NCBI GenBank assembly: GCA_031401035.1
Contig: JANNRA010000127.1
Span: forward strand, 4,001 to 68,000
Source of the DNA: a bacterium
GTDB lineage: Bacteria; Desulfobacterota; Binatia; HRBIN30; CADEER01
Direction: 5' to 3'
DNA: 64,000 nt
Positions 56,631 through 64,000 of this stretch are shown here, in pieces; within the stretch, counting starts at the first letter, position 1; each line of letters begins with the position of its first letter. Under the pieces are notes generated by a model. That model was not told the origin of the DNA. It made no database searches and worked only from the letters and a program-made list of their open reading frames with translations. The translations under genes were made by a program, and so were the position numbers.

Positions 56631-57002
56631 CTAGGCGAGGCGACAGGGCGGCGCGCGCGGCGCTGCCTCGGCGTGCGCGGCGGCGCGCGCGGACTGGGCA
56701 GACGGCGCCGCCGGTGCAGGGCCCGCACAGGGCGGCGTATCGGGAGTGGCGGCGGCACTGCCGACGCCGTGATGTGCCGCGGCGAGCGCGGCGCACAGGG
56801 TGCAGGTTCCGCCATCGTGCGGCGCCGCCCGCGACGCCGCGTCGTGCCACCCATCGGCGCCCGTTGCGAACGCCGCGTCGGCGCAGGCCACCGGCACCCC
56901 GGCATGCACCACATGCAGCGTTGGCACTAACATCTGCACGGCGAATGCGGCCATGCAGAGAAGGCGGGCCAGGAGGCCAGGGGCTCGGATGGTGCCGCTC
57001 AT
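56631..57002 (-). CDS. Hypothetical His/Cys-containing small protein (DUF2946-like?)
   Basis: N-terminal hydrophobic segment LLARLLCMAAFAVQMLVPTLHVVHA, plus CTLC and several His residues. It sits upstream of the porin. The family assignment is weak. Confidence 0.3.
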   Translation of the reverse strand: MSGTIRAPGLLARLLCMAAFAVQMLVPTLHVVHAGVPVACADAAFATGADGWHDAASRAAPHDGGTCTLCAALAAAHHGVGSAAATPDTPPCAGPAPAAPSAQSARAAAHAEAAPRAPPCRLA

Positions 57003-57259
57003 TGGAACCTGCCAGCTACCAGAGCGAGATATCCCAACGCAACGACGGGGCTGACGAAGGGAGCTACGCGGTCAGCGTCTCATCATCCGCCGCGATGGCG
57101 TTCCCACCCGACACATTGCGGCCGTCACCGCGTCGCGGAAGGCGTCTTGGGCAGCGGCACGGTTCACGGAGAGGGACGCAGCGCCCAAGAGCATCGTTGC
57201 AACGGACCGCTTTCCGCCAGCAGAAGGTGACCGGTCTCGGGAACTCCGCTGACCGCGAC

Positions 57260-58435
57260 TCACGCCGGGCAGCCGCCCAGGGCCGCGTTGACGGCCTGGA
57301 TGAGCTGGCTGATCATCGGCGGCTCGCCGCCCGGCGAGAGCGCCGGGCACTGCGCCGCGGGCACGCTGCCGGCGGCGATGTTGACGCCGAGCAGCAGCTC
57401 GTTGATCGCCACCATGCCATCGCCGTTGCAGTCGCCGACGCAGGGTGTCGGCGGCGGCGGCTCCTCGACCACCACCGCGCCGTCCTCGGCCAGCACCAAC
57501 AGCTCTTCCCCGAGTGGACCGCTGGCGCCGACTTGCGAGGCCGCGACCGGATAGGTGCCGGGCGCGGCGGCGGCGGCGATGGCGACGTCGCAGGAGAACA
57601 GGATCGCTCCGTCAGGGAGCGGATCGGCGCTGAGCAGCGACAGGACGAAGGCGCGTACGCCGCTGCAGTCGACTCCAGGCATGCAGCCAATCGGCAGATA
57701 GCCGAAGGTGGTTGCCTCCTTGCCGATCGCGGCGTTCACCACGCAGGCCGGCCGGCCGGCGGCGCCGCTCGCCAGCGGCGTCGCGGGGTCGAAGGCGAGG
57801 TCGATCTGGACGCCGGCGACAACGGCGTCGGCGAGCAGGTCGATGCTGACCGGCACCGCGACGACATCCGCGGCCGCGCCGGTCGCGCGGCCCACCCGCA
57901 AGCGCGCCGCGGGCGCCGCCGGCAGCACCTCGACGGCGCCGTCGCTGCCGTCGCTCGCCACCAGCACGCCGCCGGCCGCCGCGGCGCCCTGCTCGCTGTT
58001 GAGCAGCGGATAGGTTGCGGGCGCCGCGTCGGCGGCCAGGGCGACCGCGCAGGTGTAGAGTACCGCGCCGTCGGCGATCGGGTCGAGGTTGTCGAAGGCG
58101 AGCACGAACACACGCACGCCGCTGCAGTCCGCGGCGGGATCGCAGCCGAGCGGCAGGAAGCGGAAGCCGGTGGCGCCCTTGTCGATGGCCGGGTTGACCG
58201 CGCAGTCGGGCTCGCCGTCGGCGCGCGCGGCGATGAACGCGGCGCGACCGAAATCGATGCGGTTCTGCGTCGCCACGACGGTCCCGCTCGGGTCCGCCAG
58301 GGTCACCGCCACGGCGACCCTGGCGCCGGCCGGCCCGGCCGCCGCGCCGATGTCGATCGACGCGGCGCGCGCCGCCGCCGCCGCCAGCAGCATGCCCACA
58401 CCAAGCAGAATGGCCGTCACTCCGAACCGTCGCAT
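57260..58435 (-). CDS. Secreted protein with two tandem cohesin-like domains and a C-terminal dockerin-like module
   Basis: It has a signal peptide. Two roughly 150-aa repeats share (D/A)CAVNPAIDKGATGFRFLPLGC..ADCSGVRVFVL and ACVVNAAIGKEATTFGYLPIGC..VDCSGVRAFVL. The C-terminus is CVGDCNGDGMVAINELLLGVNIA. The start is set at ATG 58435. Confidence 0.65.
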   Translation of the reverse strand: MRRFGVTAILLGVGMLLAAAAARAASIDIGAAAGPAGARVAVAVTLADPSGTVVATQNRIDFGRAAFIAARADGEPDCAVNPAIDKGATGFRFLPLGCDPAADCSGVRVFVLAFDNLDPIADGAVLYTCAVALAADAAPATYPLLNSEQGAAAAGGVLVASDGSDGAVEVLPAAPAARLRVGRATGAAADVVAVPVSIDLLADAVVAGVQIDLAFDPATPLASGAAGRPACVVNAAIGKEATTFGYLPIGCMPGVDCSGVRAFVLSLLSADPLPDGAILFSCDVAIAAAAAPGTYPVAASQVGASGPLGEELLVLAEDGAVVVEEPPPPTPCVGDCNGDGMVAINELLLGVNIAAGSVPAAQCPALSPGGEPPMISQLIQAVNAALGGCPA

Positions 58436-58572
58436 GGGCGGCTGTCTAGCACACGTCCCGCTGTCGCGCCCGCGCGACTTTGCGCCCGTGCCCCGCCGGC
58501 CCCCGCCCAATAGACACCTCCTGCAGTATATGACAGTGCGCATAGCTTCATGCCTGTCGAGGAGGAGAGCCC

Positions 58573-59973
58573 ATGCCGCAGTCGATGCTGATCAACGGCG
58601 CACTGGTCGACACGCTCGAACGAGACGACGTCGTCAACCCCGCCACCGGTGCGCCGTTCGCCACCTGTCCCCGCGCCGGCGCTGCGCATGTCGACGCGGC
58701 CGTCGCCGCGGCGGCGCGCGCCTATCCGACCTGGCGGCGCGACGCCGCGGCGCGGCGCGCCACGCTGCAGGCCTGCGCGGCGGCGCTGCAAGAACGCGTC
58801 GGCGATATTGCGCCGTTGCTGGTGCAGGAACAGGGCAAGCCGCTGCCGGCAGCGATGGCCGAGGTGTTCGGCGCGGCGCTGTGGTTCAGCTACTTCGCCG
58901 GCCTCGAGGTGGGGCCCGAGGTGCTGCAGGACGACGGCGACAAGCACATCCAGATCGTCCGCAAGCCCCTCGGCGTCGTCGCCGCGATCACGCCGTGGAA
59001 CTTCCCCATCGTCCTGCTCTCGTGGAAGCTCGCGCCGGCCCTCCTGGCCGGCAACACCGTCGTCGCCAAGCCGTCCGAGTTCACGCCGCTCAGCACCCTG
59101 CTGCTCGGCGAGGTGCTGCGCGAGGTGGTGCCGCCAGGGGTCCTCAACATCCTCGCTGGACCGGGCAGCGTCGGCGCGCTGCTCTCGGCGCACCCGGCGG
59201 TGCGCAAGGTCTCGTTCACCGGCAGCGTCGCCACCGGCAAGAAGATCATGCAGGCGGCGGCAAGCGACCTCAAACGCGTCACCCTCGAGCTCGGCGGCAA
59301 CGACCCGGCGATCGTGCTCGACGACGTCGACCCCGCCGCCGTGCTCGACGGCCTCTTCTGGGGCGCCTTCACCAACTCCGGCCAGGTGTGCACGGCGATC
59401 AAGCGCCTCTATGTGCACGAGTCGGTGTACGCGCCGATCGTCGACGGGCTCGTCGATCGGGCCAACAGCGTCAAGGTCGGCGACGGGCTCGACCCCGACA
59501 CGCAGCTCGGTCCGATCAACAACAAGATGCAGTTCGACAAGGTCGTCGATCTGGTCGAGGACGCCCGGCGGCACGGCGGCCGCGTCGTCGCCGGCGGTAC
59601 GCCGCTGGCGCGCCCCGGCTATTTCCTGCCGCCGACCATCGTCACCGACGTCGGCGCCGGCATCCGCCTGGTCGACGAGGAACAGTTCGGCACGGCCCTG
59701 CCGATCATCAAGTACCGCAACCTCGACGACGTCCTCAGCGAGGCCAACCAGACCCACTTCGGCCTCGGCGCCTCGGTGTGGAGCGGCGACGTGGCGCGCG
59801 GCGAGCGCGTCGTGCAGGAGCTCGAGTCCGGCACCGGCTGGGTGAACCAGCACATGGACATCCTCCCCAACGCACCCTTCGGCGGCTGCAAATGGAGCGG
59901 CCTCGGCGCGGAGAACGGCCACTGGGGCTATGAGGAGTTCACCGAGATGCAGGTGGTGAACGCCAAGCGCTAG
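58573..59973 (+). CDS. NAD(P)-dependent aldehyde dehydrogenase
   Basis: ITPWNFP, the catalytic Glu in ELGGNDPAIV, the catalytic Cys in FTNSGQVCTAIKR, and EEQFGTALP. Confidence 0.92.
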   Translation: MPQSMLINGALVDTLERDDVVNPATGAPFATCPRAGAAHVDAAVAAAARAYPTWRRDAAARRATLQACAAALQERVGDIAPLLVQEQGKPLPAAMAEVFGAALWFSYFAGLEVGPEVLQDDGDKHIQIVRKPLGVVAAITPWNFPIVLLSWKLAPALLAGNTVVAKPSEFTPLSTLLLGEVLREVVPPGVLNILAGPGSVGALLSAHPAVRKVSFTGSVATGKKIMQAAASDLKRVTLELGGNDPAIVLDDVDPAAVLDGLFWGAFTNSGQVCTAIKRLYVHESVYAPIVDGLVDRANSVKVGDGLDPDTQLGPINNKMQFDKVVDLVEDARRHGGRVVAGGTPLARPGYFLPPTIVTDVGAGIRLVDEEQFGTALPIIKYRNLDDVLSEANQTHFGLGASVWSGDVARGERVVQELESGTGWVNQHMDILPNAPFGGCKWSGLGAENGHWGYEEFTEMQVVNAKR

Positions 59974-60009
59974 GCGCGGTGACGACGGCGGCGGCTGGCG
60001 CGGTCGGTA

Positions 60010-60663
60010 CTACGCGGGCGCCTGGCGCCGTCGCGCCGACGCCGCCGGCCGCGCGTAGGCCGCGTCATCGATCGACGGCAGCGGATCGCCACCGCTCAGG
60101 TGCTCCTCGAGATACGGGAAGTCGTCGTAGCCCCAGAACACCTCGTCGCCGACCGCCATCGCCGGCACGCCGAAGACGCCGGCGGCGATGGCCGCGTCGG
60201 TCTGCGCCCGCAGGCGCGCCTTCGCCTCCGCCGCCTGCGCCGCCGCGACCCGGTCGGCGCCGGCGATTGCCGCCACCACCTCGGGCTCGCTGACGTGCAG
60301 GCGGTGCACCCACACCGCGTCAAACAGCCCCGTCACCACGCGACTGCGTTCGTCCGCGTCCATCGGCAGCGACGAGACGCGCAATGCCAACAACGGGTTG
60401 AACGGATGGTAGCGCGGCTGTTCGAGGGGGATTCCGAGATGGGCCGCCTTGCGCAGGCAGTTGCGCCACATCCAGCGGGCCTTGATCGGCACCTCCGCCG
60501 GACCGAGCTGGCCTGTCGACGCGAGCAGTCCGGCGAACAGCACTGGGACCGGCTCGATCGTCACCCCGGTGCGCGCCGCCAGGGCTGGCAGCGCCCGCCA
60601 GGCGATGAAGGCGTTGGTGGAGATGTAGTCGAAATAGAAGCGTAGGGTCGGCGTCGCCATCAT
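60010..60663 (-). CDS. 2-hydroxychromene-2-carboxylate isomerase / DsbA-like thioredoxin-fold protein
   Basis: LRFYFDYISTNAFIAW..., 217 aa, and GVFGVPAMAVGDEVFWGYD near the C-terminus are typical of the HCCA isomerase family. Confidence 0.78.
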   Translation of the reverse strand: MMATPTLRFYFDYISTNAFIAWRALPALAARTGVTIEPVPVLFAGLLASTGQLGPAEVPIKARWMWRNCLRKAAHLGIPLEQPRYHPFNPLLALRVSSLPMDADERSRVVTGLFDAVWVHRLHVSEPEVVAAIAGADRVAAAQAAEAKARLRAQTDAAIAAGVFGVPAMAVGDEVFWGYDDFPYLEEHLSGGDPLPSIDDAAYARPAASARRRQAPA

Positions 60664-60904
60664 GTGCGATCATTCACGCCTCGGCCGCGAAGTCCACCAG
60701 CACCGCGGTGGCAGGGGTACTTTGACTGTGGGCTCCGGCGGGAGTAGCGTCCTGACGATGCCTTCGGTGACAGCGGCGCCGCTGCGGTACCGAAGGCACG
60801 TTCGTCGCCCGCGGTCGTAGCCCCGCGCCAGCGGCGCCTGACTCAGGCTGCCAGTCTGGTGCGCGCGTGCCGACAGGGTGACGCGCACCCGATGAGGAGA
60901 CAAT

Positions 60905-61090
60905 ATGGCAACCGCACGGTCTGGTCCCTGCCCGCACTGCAAGTCGGCGCTGACCTTCCTCGAGGGCGTCAGCGGCGCCATGATGATGCCCAAATGCCCG
61001 CGCTGCCGGAAACAGGTCACCGTCACCGCCAGCACGGTACTGGTGGCGGACTACTCGCGTCCGCCGAAGGCCTCGGCCCAGCGCACCTGA
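60905..61090 (+). CDS. Hypothetical zinc-ribbon small protein
   Basis: 61 aa with CPHC...CPRC (two CxxC pairs 23 residues apart). There is no obvious Shine-Dalgarno sequence. Confidence 0.35.
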   Translation: MATARSGPCPHCKSALTFLEGVSGAMMMPKCPRCRKQVTVTASTVLVADYSRPPKASAQRT

Positions 61091-61149
61091 CAGCCCTACC
61101 GACCCGGGCTGGTTGACCGCGGCGGCGCGGCGACCGTAAGCCGGGCGGC

Positions 61150-61683
61150 ATGAGCGACGCGAAGACGCGCTGCGCGCCGCCGGTGGCGGCCGAGGCGGCG
61201 CCTGACGGCAAGGATCCCGGCACCTGGCCGCCGGCGGCGCTGGCCGCCCTGCAGGCGATCCTCGATCACAGTCGCGTCACGGGGGGCGTGGCGGTGCGCG
61301 AGACCTTCGATCACCCCGCCCGGCGCCTGACGGCGGCCGAGTTCGTCGTCTTCTGGAACGGCATCCGCACCAAGGCGATGGCCACCTGCGGCGCCGACGG
61401 CGCGCCGCACCTGGCGCCGGTGCACGCCGAGTTCGTCTCCGGACGGCTGCGCTCGACCGTCTACGAGCATGCGCTGCGCCGGCGCGATCTGCGCGCCAAC
61501 CCGCGCGTCGTCTTCACGACCTGGGGCGCGCACGGCGCCGCGGCGATCGTGCACGGCCTCGCCCGCGAGGTGCCGGGCAGTCTGCGCGAGACGCGCCCGG
61601 GGGCCAGCGGCGCGCCGCGGCGCACCGTCGCGCTGGAGATCGAGGTGACGCGCATCTACGCCATGAAGGGGCGGCCGGAGTAA
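61150..61683 (+). CDS. Pyridoxamine 5-prime-phosphate oxidase-fold (PNPOx-like) family protein
   Basis: 177 aa with a split-barrel-like pattern (MATCGADGAPHLAPVHAEFVSGRL...LRANPRVVFT). Confidence 0.7.
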   Translation: MSDAKTRCAPPVAAEAAPDGKDPGTWPPAALAALQAILDHSRVTGGVAVRETFDHPARRLTAAEFVVFWNGIRTKAMATCGADGAPHLAPVHAEFVSGRLRSTVYEHALRRRDLRANPRVVFTTWGAHGAAAIVHGLAREVPGSLRETRPGASGAPRRTVALEIEVTRIYAMKGRPE

Positions 61684-61748
61684 CGGCGCCACTGACGGAC
61701 GCGTCGAGGCGGCGCCTGGCTGGGGCGGGCAGCACGCCGGCGGAGGCG

Positions 61749-62564
61749 TCATGCCGCCCGACGCAGGGGGACGTCTTCGGCGGCGAGGTCGAGCGCGTCG
61801 GCGATGGCGGCACGCGCCAGCGCCGCCAACTCGCGCCGCGTGCGGCCGACGGGTTCGATGGGGGCGCAGAAGATGACGTCGACGCGCAGGCGCGGTTCGC
61901 GCAGCATCTGGCGCAGCGAGTCGAGGATCGACATCTCCCCGACGAACGCCGCCGCCGTCGATGGCGCCCCGTGCTGGTCGCGATAGCGCAGCGCCACCGG
62001 ACGGATCGGCACGCCCGTCAGGACGGCCGACTGGAACATGGCGGGGTAGAACGGCAGCAGTGTGCGCCCGTCGCTGGTGGTCGACTCCGGGAACGCCGCG
62101 ACCGCGTCGCCGCCGTGCAGCGCCTGGGCGAGCGCCCCGACCGTCCGCGCCGCGGAGCGCACGCAGCCGCGCTTGATGAAGATAGAGCCGAACCGGGAGG
62201 CCAGGACGCCGATCATCGGCCAGGTCGCCACCTCGGACTTGGCGACGAAGCGCGCCGGCGCGACGGTGCTGACGGCATAGCTGTCGAGCCACGAGACATG
62301 GTTGGCGACGAACAATGCCGGCTCGTCGCGACGCGGCAGGTGACCGCGCGCCTGCACCTCGACGCGCAGCGCGGCGAGCAGCGCGCCCGACCAGCGGCGC
62401 ACCAAACGGCGACGCTGCGCATCGCCGAGTCGCGGCACCAGCAGGTGCGCGCCCAGCCACATGCGCACCAGATGGGCGAGCAGGCGCGCGACGCGACCGA
62501 CGCGGCCGCGGCGGCGCGGCCCGATCGTGCGCCGTTCAGGCAGCGCGCAGGAGGCGGTCGACAT
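61749..62564 (-). CDS. olsA: Lysophospholipid acyltransferase (PlsC family), OlsA-like
   Basis: NHVSWLD (HX4D) and FPESTTSDG acyltransferase blocks. It overlaps and follows the olsB-like gene. Confidence 0.75.
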   Translation of the reverse strand: MSTASCALPERRTIGPRRRGRVGRVARLLAHLVRMWLGAHLLVPRLGDAQRRRLVRRWSGALLAALRVEVQARGHLPRRDEPALFVANHVSWLDSYAVSTVAPARFVAKSEVATWPMIGVLASRFGSIFIKRGCVRSAARTVGALAQALHGGDAVAAFPESTTSDGRTLLPFYPAMFQSAVLTGVPIRPVALRYRDQHGAPSTAAAFVGEMSILDSLRQMLREPRLRVDVIFCAPIEPVGRTRRELAALARAAIADALDLAAEDVPLRRAA

Positions 62565-63285
62565 AACGGGGGTTGGCGCGGTTGAGGTCGAGGCGGATGA
62601 GCACGTCGGCGGTACGGAAGGCGGGATCCCAGGCCGGCGGCCCGCAGACCTCGGCTCCGAGCCGCAGGTAGCCTTTCAACAGGGGCGGCAGGGGCGCGTC
62701 GGCGATGTCGCGCCAGCCCTCGAGGACGAAGGCTTGGCGCGGCTGCACGCGCCAGGCATCGGCGGACAGGTGGTCGCGCAGCAGGCGCCGGCAGACGCTG
62801 GCGGCAATGTGGCCGCCGTCGCCGGTGTCGAGGCTGGCGCAGCCGATCATCGTCGGCACGCCTCGGCCGCGCACGTACTTCATCAGGCCGCCCCAGAGCA
62901 TCGCGATCACCAGTCCGGTGCGGTAGGCGGGATCGACACAGGCGCGACCGACCTCGACGATGCGCGTCCGCTCGGCGGCGAGCCGGGCAACGTCGAACTC
63001 GGCACCGCAGTACCAGCCGCCGGCGGCGGCGAGGCGCTCCGGCGGCAGCATACGGTAGGTGCCGATGACGCGACCGCTGGTCCGCTCGCTGACCAGCAGG
63101 TGGTCGCAGAACGGATCGAAGCGGTCGCAGTCGAGGCCGAGCGCGGCGCTCGGCAGGCGCGCGCCCATCTCCAGCGCGAACACCTCGTAGCGCAGCCGCT
63201 GGGCACGGCGCACATCCGCCGCCGACGCGGCGAGGCGCACATCGAATGGCGCCCGGGACTCCGTCTGGACCTGTGCATTCTGCAT
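62536..63285 (-). CDS. olsB: GNAT-fold N-acyltransferase, OlsB-like (ornithine lipid synthesis)
   Basis: FDVRLAASAADVRRAQRLRYEVFALEMGA...RFDPFCDHLLV...VIGTYRML is the OlsB/hemolysin-like Acetyltransf_5 pattern. It is paired with a PlsC-type gene. The start is ATG 63285 (or 63300). Confidence 0.75.
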   Translation of the reverse strand: MQNAQVQTESRAPFDVRLAASAADVRRAQRLRYEVFALEMGARLPSAALGLDCDRFDPFCDHLLVSERTSGRVIGTYRMLPPERLAAAGGWYCGAEFDVARLAAERTRIVEVGRACVDPAYRTGLVIAMLWGGLMKYVRGRGVPTMIGCASLDTGDGGHIAASVCRRLLRDHLSADAWRVQPRQAFVLEGWRDIADAPLPPLLKGYLRLGAEVCGPPAWDPAFRTADVLIRLDLNRANPRYVDRLLRAA

Positions 63286-63568
63286 CTTCACCTCCCGCAC
63301 CCCAACCCTACCGATGCCCGAGGGTAGGCAGCGGACGTGACGGCAGGGTGATGCGCGGGTGAAGATGCGGCGATCAGGTCGTGACGCCCGGGTGACGCGG
63401 CGGCCGCGGCGAACCCCGTTTACTTCCCCGCCCGGGGCGCGGCCGCCGATGCCCAGCGCTCGCCGCCGCTAAGGACGCGGCGCAGCTGGTTCCGCTCCAT
63501 GCGAACGCCGTGTGAAGTTTCGGGTGGCCCCCCAGACGAGGGATTACCTTCGCCGGCCTAACGCTGTT

Positions 63569-63597
63569 GGTATTACTTTCCACGTCATGGTAATACC
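63569..63597. promoter_or_regulatory. Inverted repeat GGTATTAC-N13-GTAATACC overlapping -35/-10-like hexamers upstream of vapB
   Basis: The 8-bp arms are at 63569-63576 and 63590-63597. TTGGTA (63567-63572) and TAATAC (63591-63596) are 18 nt apart. The element ends 7 nt before the vapB ATG, in an AT-richer patch. Confidence 0.4.
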
Positions 63598-63603
63598 CGA
63601 CAC

Positions 63604-63831
63604 ATGCGCGTCACCAGCAAGGGACAAGTGACCGTGCCCAAGGCACTCCGCGAGCGCTTCGGCATCACACGAGAGACCGACGTCCGGTTCGTGGCCGAAA
63701 GGGGAAAACTCGTGCTCGTCAAAGAGAAGCTCGTCGGGTCGGCAGCGACCCGCATTCGTGGGCGGGTGAAACGTCTTCCCGCAGCCCGCACTGTCGACCA
63801 GTATCTGGCGTCGACCCGCGGCACGCGATGA
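63604..63831 (+). CDS. vapB: AbrB/SpoVT-fold antitoxin (VapB family)
   Basis: MRVTSKGQVTVPKALRERFGI is the canonical SpoVT/AbrB N-terminus. 75 aa. Its stop overlaps the PIN gene ATG. Confidence 0.88.
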   Translation: MRVTSKGQVTVPKALRERFGITRETDVRFVAERGKLVLVKEKLVGSAATRIRGRVKRLPAARTVDQYLASTRGTR

Positions 63832-64000
63832 CGCTCGTCGACACCAACGTGCTCCTCGACGTGCTCTTGGTCGGGGCCGAGCACGGTGATGAATCAGAAC
63901 AGCGGCTCACGACCGCCTTGCAGACGGGCCCGGTCGTCGTGAACGACGTCATTGCGGCCGAGCTTGCTCCCGTTTTCGACACGGCGGCGGCGCTCTGGTC
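63828..64000 (+). CDS. vapC: PIN-domain toxin (VapC family), truncated by the window edge
   Basis: MTLVDTNVLLDVLL... carries the first acidic PIN residue. There is an ATGA overlap with vapB, and the frame is open to position 64000. Confidence 0.85.
   Translation, partial: MTLVDTNVLLDVLLVGAEHGDESEQRLTTALQTGPVVVNDVIAAELAPVFDTAAALW

Noticed and set aside
57003-57259. 257-nt untranslated stretch upstream of the His/Cys small ORF, considered as a riboswitch
   Set aside because: I could find only a generic 7-bp stem (cttgggc...gcccaag). I saw no B12 box or other conserved riboswitch core. This cannot be supported without a covariance-model scan.
55910-58513. 867-aa + strand ORF, and other long ORFs over 56-60 kb (58089-59933, 58417-59922, 58649-59845)
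   Set aside because: They are low-complexity Arg/Ala/Pro/Ser frames overlapping the porin, cohesin-like and aldehyde dehydrogenase genes. They carry no motifs.

Overview
This is a very GC-rich (about 70% by eye) bacterial chromosomal segment from a diderm organism, since it encodes TolC, MCE/Mla, AsmA and several outer-membrane barrels. The secreted-protein repertoire (CSLREA/beta-helix, Cys-rich repeats, cohesin- and dockerin-like modules, Thr/Pro linkers) resembles uncultivated Deltaproteobacteria-, Myxococcota- or Binatota-like lineages, but that is only a guess. I support about 55 protein-coding genes. I found no rRNA, tRNA, CRISPR array, transposase, integrase or reverse transcriptase.

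Gene content, left to right:
- feoAB iron uptake
- an SbmA/BacA-type ABC half-transporter with a degenerate ATPase domain
- an HpnJ-like radical SAM gene heading a TolC-MacA-MacB efflux string
- a divergent AsmA plus STAS-MlaE/MlaF/MCE/PqiC lipid-transport cluster
- prfC
- a co-directional string: B12-radical-SAM, PknK-like STAND kinase, SahR-like regulator, ahcY
- an operon of large secreted proteins
- a TetR-P450-esterase-acyl-CoA synthetase operon
- a roughly 10 kb Zn/metal island containing an unusual metal permease::HflK fusion followed by HflC/HflK paralogs and a ZIP transporter
- aldehyde dehydrogenase
- olsBA (ornithine lipid)
- a vapBC module at the right edge

At the DNA level there are several long, perfect or near-perfect intergenic palindromic elements. 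One is a two-copy family with compensatory arm changes.

All protein calls come from motif and family recognition by eye on the supplied translations; no searches were run. Because of the GC content, most long ORFs in the track are shadow or run-through frames and were rejected.
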